IMG/VR virus record: IMGVR_UViG_3300031760_000001
Coordinates: 128,001 to 192,000 of that record
Reading direction: 5' to 3' (one strand)
DNA: 64,000 nt
DNA from: a virus
Taxonomy: Duplodnaviria > Caudoviricetes
The notes under the pieces are model-generated. The model worked only from the letters and a program-made list of their open reading frames with translations, made no database searches and was not told the origin of the DNA. This document shows positions 58,317 through 64,000 of this stretch, one piece after another (position 1 is the stretch's first letter; every line of letters starts with the position of its first letter). A program made the position numbers and the translations under genes.

Positions 58317-59110
58317 TGAAAGACATTACTGTTATAATTCCAGTTCTAGAAGCTCAATTGGATTCAAATGAATTAGTAAACGCAGTTAACAGCGTAAAAG
58401 AGTGTCAAAAGTACTATAACGACGGCAAATTAAAAGTTCTTATTGTCGTTGAGAAAGTTGAAAATGGCTTTGATTATACGACTTTTGACGATATTAAGTA
58501 TAAGTATATTGTAAATGATAGTGGCAAATATGACTATTGTTCACAAATTAATTTTGGTGTAAAACATGTTGATACTGAATATTTCTCTATTCTTGAATAT
58601 GATGACTATTACACAAAGAAATGGTTCAAGATGTTCAATGACTATTACACAACCAATGAGAATGTAAGTGTGTTCCTCCCAATCAACGTGCTTCATAACG
58701 CAAAAACAAATGAACGTGAATTTGTAAACGACATTATCTGGTCAAGTGGTTTTGCCAATGAGATTGGCTACATCGACTTTGACTGTTTACAGGCAACTGC
58801 TTCATTCAATCTTACGGGCGGAATATTCAAAACGAGTGACTGGCTTGGTTACAAACCGTCTATTTCAATTGCTTTCAACTATGAATATCTTCTGAGAGCT
58901 ACAAAGAAAGAACAGAAAGTGTTCGTTATTCCAAAAGAGGGATATCATCATGAGATTTTCAAAGAGGGAAGTCTATCAGAATATTATTTGAACAATATTA
59001 GTGACGATGACAACGCTAAATGGTTTGAACTGGCTAAAAAGGAATATGCCTTTGACAAAGACAGAAACAAAGACATTGAGAATATAAATGATGAAGATGA
59101 GAAGAAATAA
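58316..59110 (+). CDS. Glycosyltransferase family 2 (GT-A)
   Basis: DITVIIPV, INFGV, YFSILEYDD. Confidence 0.85.
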   Translation: MKDITVIIPVLEAQLDSNELVNAVNSVKECQKYYNDGKLKVLIVVEKVENGFDYTTFDDIKYKYIVNDSGKYDYCSQINFGVKHVDTEYFSILEYDDYYTKKWFKMFNDYYTTNENVSVFLPINVLHNAKTNEREFVNDIIWSSGFANEIGYIDFDCLQATASFNLTGGIFKTSDWLGYKPSISIAFNYEYLLRATKKEQKVFVIPKEGYHHEIFKEGSLSEYYLNNISDDDNAKWFELAKKEYAFDKDRNKDIENINDEDEKK

Positions 59111-59917
59111 ATGGCTGACGAAACCGAAATTAAGGATTTAACCACAACAGGTGTCGAAGAGGCACCTGTTGTTGAATCTTTACCGAAAAAGAGGGGAAGA
59201 AAACCAAACCCCAATAAAAAGAATATGTATTTCTCAGAATATGAGGAAGACATATTCAAACAGTATTTAAACAGTGAGGATGAGGGATTCAGGAACAAAG
59301 TGTTCAATGAGGTTCTTTATCCAGTGTTCACCAAAATGGTTGAGTCTATTATACGCAGGTATATACTGTTTACACCTGGTGAGGATTTCCAGGATACTTT
59401 CAATGATGCAATGTCACACTTAATATCCAAAGTAAAGCATTTCAAGCCCGAAAAAAACAAGAAAGCGTTCTCATATTGCGGTACAATCTGTAAAAACTAC
59501 GCTTTACATAAGAGACAGAAAACACAAGACAAACTCCAAAAATATGTTTCATATGATGTGGTGTACAACGACATACACCCAGATATGAGGACAACTAATG
59601 ACCCAATGTTCGGTGATGTCAATTTCACTCAGTCAATTATGATTCGTTCAGCGGAGGAAATTAAAAAAATGGTAGATGATTCCAGTAGGTATAATTTGAA
59701 TGACTCGGATATAAAGGTTGGAATGGCTTTGGTTAATCTGCTTACCAATTGGGATGAAATATTTATGAATCTTGAATCCAAGAAATATAATAAAAGTGAG
59801 GTGGATTCCTTTATTAAAGAGACCACATTACTTTCAACCAAACAAATCAGGGATGCCAAGAAAAAATTTTCCAATGTATACTTTAAACTTAAAGAGCAAA
59901 TGTTAAATGAGGACTAA
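59111..59917 (+). CDS. Phage sigma factor (T4 gp55-like, probable late sigma)
   Basis: MYFS...KMVESIIRRY...HFKPEKNKKAFSYCGTICKNY resembles the region 2 (F.P....N.FAY.T.I..N) of gp55-like factors. Confidence 0.6.
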   Translation: MADETEIKDLTTTGVEEAPVVESLPKKRGRKPNPNKKNMYFSEYEEDIFKQYLNSEDEGFRNKVFNEVLYPVFTKMVESIIRRYILFTPGEDFQDTFNDAMSHLISKVKHFKPEKNKKAFSYCGTICKNYALHKRQKTQDKLQKYVSYDVVYNDIHPDMRTTNDPMFGDVNFTQSIMIRSAEEIKKMVDDSSRYNLNDSDIKVGMALVNLLTNWDEIFMNLESKKYNKSEVDSFIKETTLLSTKQIRDAKKKFSNVYFKLKEQMLNED

Positions 59918-59925
59918 TTATTATT

Positions 59926-60315
59926 ATGAGACAGTTGAAACAGTATAAATTAAAGGTAGATTCAAAGGAAAAGATTGAGGAACTTTTACAGGAAATCTAC
60001 AACGAGGCTTGCAAGAATATTGAGGAGGCTCAGAATGAAATCAACAAGATTAGTCATTCAACCGACCTCAACACCGAGATTATTGACGGCAAGGCAAAAT
60101 ATGCCAAAGCTATAAATGATTTTATTACAACAAAAGACAAGGCAATCGCAAGAAAATTCGAGATTGCCAAACTTTTGACTGAAATCATTAAATTCAACGG
60201 AAATGTCCAGCAAGCATTCACAGAAGGTGATGTCCCAGGTAATTGGGATGATATTGTTGTGACATCACCCAATATAGACAATAATAATGGACCTATTGAA
60301 TATACACTCAGATAA
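59926..60315 (+). CDS. Hypothetical helical protein
   Basis: 129-aa ORF in an operon. Confidence 0.6.
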   Translation: MRQLKQYKLKVDSKEKIEELLQEIYNEACKNIEEAQNEINKISHSTDLNTEIIDGKAKYAKAINDFITTKDKAIARKFEIAKLLTEIIKFNGNVQQAFTEGDVPGNWDDIVVTSPNIDNNNGPIEYTLR

Positions 60316-62405
60316 TGGCAACGGAACAGACCAAACAAGAGGCAATGAATAAACTAAATGGCGTTATTGCTGCTTTAAACAATTATCCTGATTTAAACAC
60401 CACTAACACTTTGTTTTCATATGACAAATCAACCAACCCAACTGATTTGCTTGTTGATTTTTTCAAGACAACCAAAGGATATGACTGGCTGATTATTGCT
60501 GTATCCAAGTTCATTGCTATAACAATTCCAGTGCTTGAACTGGCGGTCAAGGGTGTTCTGTTATCAAATATACGTACAATGCTGAGCTGTTCAACTAATC
60601 CACTTATAACGGAACAGATGATACAAGAGGGTGTGGTGTTCAACCTTAACAGGGTTGACATTTTCAATATGTTCAAATATTCACCACTTAACAAGAAAAA
60701 AGATAATCCAGGAAAATATTATTATTTCGGTTGTGACCCAGAGGATGGTATTGTTGATTTCACCGACTTAAAATATTCACGTGATTTCAATGCTGTTTTA
60801 TGGTATGCCAAAAATGCACCAGGTGAAAGAATTGCCTGGAGGCGTGAAGGCGATGTTGGTAAACCATATAATATATCCAAACGTGGTGTTGGTGAGATTG
60901 TAACTTGGACTAAACAAGTGAAAAGTAATGGTATTACAACAATACAATATAACGGAAGGTCTTCTGGACTAAGTAAAGCTGATGGTAGTGAAATGTTTGT
61001 CCAAGAACCGATTGAAAATTGTATACATGTTTTTATTGGATATTGTGTTCCAGAGAAAACTGGTGATAAAACCACTGAAATTGAGGCTTGTACAAAAAAA
61101 GTTTCATTATTTAATGAATTTTATGAGAAAATTGATGATTATTATAAAAAAATAAGACAAGGGAAAAGGTCACAAAAAAAAGATGCTTCTGACCGTGGGG
61201 CATCGGCTGAAGAATTAAACAATATTGAATTAATTGCTAAACAAGACAGGGAATTAATTGATAGAATAATATACGCTATTGATGGTATAAATAAAGACAA
61301 TCCTGCATCAACAGATACAGCAATTGAAGTTATACTTGGTGGTACAAGTTTCATTATACAGACATTACATGAAACAATCACCATACCAACTGAATTACTT
61401 GGTAGTAATAGAATGGAACAAAGAGCAAGAAAAGTGAATCTGCTTGATGAAGACAGTCATAAGATAACTTCTTTTCCTGACCCGAAATCAAATTACTATT
61501 ACAGACACCCGTTGTTTGAATGGAATACTGACTTTGTTATGTCAATGAAATTGTTTGATGAAAAGGTTGTTGCTGCAATGTTAATTGATGGTATAACTGG
61601 GTGTCTCAAAAACAGTGTGGATATTTCACTAACTTTCCAAATGCAGTTTATGCAGGAACAATTACATGAAATGATTAAAAAAGTAATTGAAACTGATGAG
61701 GGAGTTGTCAGCGACTGTTTTTTCTCATTTACCAATGATTCATATAATGCAATGTTGAATGAGGTTGAATTGAACAGGGCAAATTTACATAATCTCAACA
61801 ATCAAACTGTCAACACTATACCATCAGCCGATGAAGTTATGGCATCATTGAACACATTAAGTCATGATGCTTCAAAAGAAGAACTTACAAGTGCAATCAG
61901 TGGCTCGATATTCAGTGCTGTTGCGTGTTCAACTCCAATAGATAAGAAATTTGATTTAAATGTTGAGTATAATTTCGAATTCAATGCAAATATGTCCGTT
62001 ATGGATAAACTGCTTGAAATGTTGGTATACGCTATCGTCAATGTCATATTGCAACCAAAAGTCTATATATTGTTGATGACTAACCTGAAATTGCTTGGCG
62101 GTGAACCTAATTTTGATATATTCAAATTTATGCAACAGTTCAGAGATTTGATTGCTGATATTATAAAAACTGTCAGGGACAACATTCTTGAATATTTCAA
62201 GAATGAAATGATGGATATATTAAGTAATTTAACCAAGGATTTGGCGATAAAACTGACTTTGGAACAATATCAATACTACATAACACTGTTGACACATTGC
62301 ACCGATTGTTTTAAGGTACATGGAAATGAACTTGATTGGGTGCAAGATGATGTCAACTATGCTGATATATTAGAATTAAATCAAGAATTAAATCAAGAAT
62401 GTTAA
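60315..62405 (+). CDS. Hypothetical (probable virion/baseplate-associated) protein
   Basis: 696-aa ORF coupled to its neighbours, upstream of the spike gene. Confidence 0.6.
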   Translation: MATEQTKQEAMNKLNGVIAALNNYPDLNTTNTLFSYDKSTNPTDLLVDFFKTTKGYDWLIIAVSKFIAITIPVLELAVKGVLLSNIRTMLSCSTNPLITEQMIQEGVVFNLNRVDIFNMFKYSPLNKKKDNPGKYYYFGCDPEDGIVDFTDLKYSRDFNAVLWYAKNAPGERIAWRREGDVGKPYNISKRGVGEIVTWTKQVKSNGITTIQYNGRSSGLSKADGSEMFVQEPIENCIHVFIGYCVPEKTGDKTTEIEACTKKVSLFNEFYEKIDDYYKKIRQGKRSQKKDASDRGASAEELNNIELIAKQDRELIDRIIYAIDGINKDNPASTDTAIEVILGGTSFIIQTLHETITIPTELLGSNRMEQRARKVNLLDEDSHKITSFPDPKSNYYYRHPLFEWNTDFVMSMKLFDEKVVAAMLIDGITGCLKNSVDISLTFQMQFMQEQLHEMIKKVIETDEGVVSDCFFSFTNDSYNAMLNEVELNRANLHNLNNQTVNTIPSADEVMASLNTLSHDASKEELTSAISGSIFSAVACSTPIDKKFDLNVEYNFEFNANMSVMDKLLEMLVYAIVNVILQPKVYILLMTNLKLLGGEPNFDIFKFMQQFRDLIADIIKTVRDNILEYFKNEMMDILSNLTKDLAIKLTLEQYQYYITLLTHCTDCFKVHGNELDWVQDDVNYADILELNQELNQEC

Positions 62406-62406
62406 T

Positions 62407-62805
62407 ATGAAATGGGTAGAAAACATAACAAAAGCAATAAACACAACACTCAACTCATTGAGACCGCCAGTTATACCTATACCACCGATAATGTTGTTGT
62501 GTGAGATAATGGACAGACCTGGTTTGTCAGCAATAACACTGACATCAGCTGTCATAGCAAGACTTCCTGAGGCTGGTATTCCAACAGACGTGAATCCAGA
62601 TGGAACTGCCAATATGATTAACCAATATACCAGGATATTGTGTGAAGAAATTATAAAGGAATTCCAAAATCATGCGGTGGTAAACGGTGCTGTTGCTCCA
62701 GGAAGCATAAACATAACTGGTACAGGCACAGCTGCAGGTATTGCTCCAGTGGCTGTCACAGGTACAAATGTTTTGGCTAGTATTGTAAATTCAATTATCC
62801 GTTAA
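62407..62805 (+). CDS. Hypothetical protein (possible spike-associated)
   Basis: 132 aa; C-terminal APGSINITGTGTAAGIAPVAVTGTN. Confidence 0.55.
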   Translation: MKWVENITKAINTTLNSLRPPVIPIPPIMLLCEIMDRPGLSAITLTSAVIARLPEAGIPTDVNPDGTANMINQYTRILCEEIIKEFQNHAVVNGAVAPGSINITGTGTAAGIAPVAVTGTNVLASIVNSIIR

Positions 62806-62815
62806 AATATCTTAT

Positions 62816-62992
62816 ATGATGATGGAATATGAAAAAATGTCAAATAAAGAATTAAGTGATGAACTTACAACTCTTGAAGAAAGTTTCAATGAATATAAAA
62901 CTTTATTGGAAGAGATTTATACCAATATGTCCGAATTATCTGAAAAATATAATAACATTAAGGAAATCTTAGATAAACGAAATGGAAAATGA
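62816..62992 (+). CDS. Small coiled-coil protein (58 aa), not in the ORF track
   Basis: MMMEYEKMSNKELSDELTTLEESFNEYK...ILDKRNGK*; overlaps the start of the next gene. Confidence 0.55.
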   Translation: MMMEYEKMSNKELSDELTTLEESFNEYKTLLEEIYTNMSELSEKYNNIKEILDKRNGK

Positions 62993-63836
62993 ATATATAT
63001 TAAGGGAAGCTAAAGTTTACAGTGTTGATGATGAATATGACGGAATGCGTATCAAAGTACGCCTTGACGGTTTGGATGGGCATTTGAGTGATGATGAACT
63101 TCCATATTGTTTTCCGTTGTTACCTAAACTCATACACATAGCCCCAAAAGTTGGTGAAGCTGTTATTGTAATTCTCGGAAGATGTGGTGCAGCAACCAGC
63201 AACAGGTATTATATTGGTCCAATATTATCACAACCATATTACTACAAAGAGGAACTGTATGATTTAAGTGCATTGAATATGTTGTTAAACCGAAAAACAA
63301 CACCAATCCAGAAAGCAGAACGTGACCCATTGAATAACGGTACACTTCCTGATATTGAAGATATTGCACTTATTGGTAGGGAAAATGCAGACATTACATT
63401 AAAAACTAATGAAGTTAGGCTAAGATGTGGCTATAAATCCACCCCAAACGGTAAAGTTGAAGACCGCTTGCATTTTAATGAGATTAATCCAGCCTATATT
63501 CAAATGAAATACAAAAAAATGACCGATGAAAGGGGTAAGGAAATAAATAGTTTTGTTAATATTGTTGCTGACAAAATAAATTTAATGAATCATAATTTAC
63601 TAATAGACAGAACTGATGTAATTAATGAAGATGATTTAATGGATTTCATAAACAACAGTGGTCATCCGCTTGTGTATGGTGATGAGGTTGTTGCACTTCT
63701 GAAAGACATTCTGAATATAATACAAACACATACACATCCGTTTGCAATGTGTCCACCTAAGTTTGACAAGAGTGATTTGAAGGTGTTTGACACAAATTTG
63801 AATGCAATGTTGTCTGATACAGTAAGAATTAGTTAA
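62982..63836 (+). CDS. Baseplate central spike (gp5/gpV-like OB-fold)
   Basis: VYSVDDEYDGMRIKVR...LPYCFPLLP...PKVGEAVIV...RYYIG; C-terminal PLVYGD...THTHP metal-binding tip. Confidence 0.8.
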   Translation: MENEYILREAKVYSVDDEYDGMRIKVRLDGLDGHLSDDELPYCFPLLPKLIHIAPKVGEAVIVILGRCGAATSNRYYIGPILSQPYYYKEELYDLSALNMLLNRKTTPIQKAERDPLNNGTLPDIEDIALIGRENADITLKTNEVRLRCGYKSTPNGKVEDRLHFNEINPAYIQMKYKKMTDERGKEINSFVNIVADKINLMNHNLLIDRTDVINEDDLMDFINNSGHPLVYGDEVVALLKDILNIIQTHTHPFAMCPPKFDKSDLKVFDTNLNAMLSDTVRIS

Positions 63837-63840
63837 AAAA

Positions 63841-63862
63841 AACGCCACACATTTGTGGCGTT
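63841..63862. terminator. Hairpin after the spike gene
   Basis: AACGCCACA-CATT-TGTGGCGTT preceded by an A-run. Confidence 0.55.
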
Positions 63863-63892
63863 AACTATTTATATTATATATAATACAATATT

Positions 63893-64000
63893 ATGGCAAT
63901 CGTTACACATACATTTCTAGATAAAACAAACACCATTATTGAAGGTGAAAAGGTTAATTTGGGTATGAACCCTATACTTGAACTCTATTACGGTGTACCT
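63893..64000 (+). CDS. Partial CDS (5' end only)
   Basis: MAIVTHTFLDKTNTIIEGEKVNLGMNPILELYYGVP...; TATTTAT at 63866-63872. Confidence 0.6.
   Translation, partial: MAIVTHTFLDKTNTIIEGEKVNLGMNPILELYYGVP

Noticed and set aside
59926-60315. Small terminase subunit
   Set aside because: Size and helicity are compatible, but there is no recognisable motif and no large terminase nearby.
1-64000. Stop-codon reassignment (as in Lak or some crAss-like phages)
   Set aside because: Code 11 yields long, intact, tightly packed ORFs (PolB, sheath, helicase) with no fragmentation.
1-64000. tRNA or rRNA genes
   Set aside because: Intergenic gaps are short and AT-rich; no cloverleaf with T-loop (GTTCRA) and acceptor stem was seen.

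Overview
Dense, strongly AT-rich segment of a large T4-like (myovirus-type, probably jumbo) bacteriophage genome read in standard code 11. It holds a contractile-tail module (split hub, gp53/LysM-like wedge, OmpA-like-domain baseplate protein, tape measure, gp26-like, tube, a 1322-aa sheath, tail terminator, neck proteins, gp5-like spike), replication genes (PolB, SNF2 helicase, dUTPase), three glycosyltransferases, a gp55-like sigma factor and a cluster of paralogous fibre-like proteins. The absence of Shine-Dalgarno motifs and several gene families point to a Bacteroidota host (inference). The most striking unexplained pattern is a shared ~20-25 aa peptide (K-x-[IL]-x-[IL]-[STD]-E-[SA]...[IL]NE). 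It is fused to otherwise unrelated proteins: a PRTase, a kinase-like domain, a tandem sigma-region-4-like protein, a Q/N-rich protein and, as a weaker match, a WYL protein. All of these lie behind a recurrent TATTTAT late-type promoter motif. This looks like a capsid-targeting/prohead-protease tag system for packaging and injecting effectors. Other highlights are a palindrome/iteron-rich candidate origin (23582-23788), a stand-alone paralog of the major-capsid N-terminus, a circularly permuted FISUMP lectin-fold domain and a catalytically dead HD protein. All family assignments come from recognising motifs by eye; no database searches were run.
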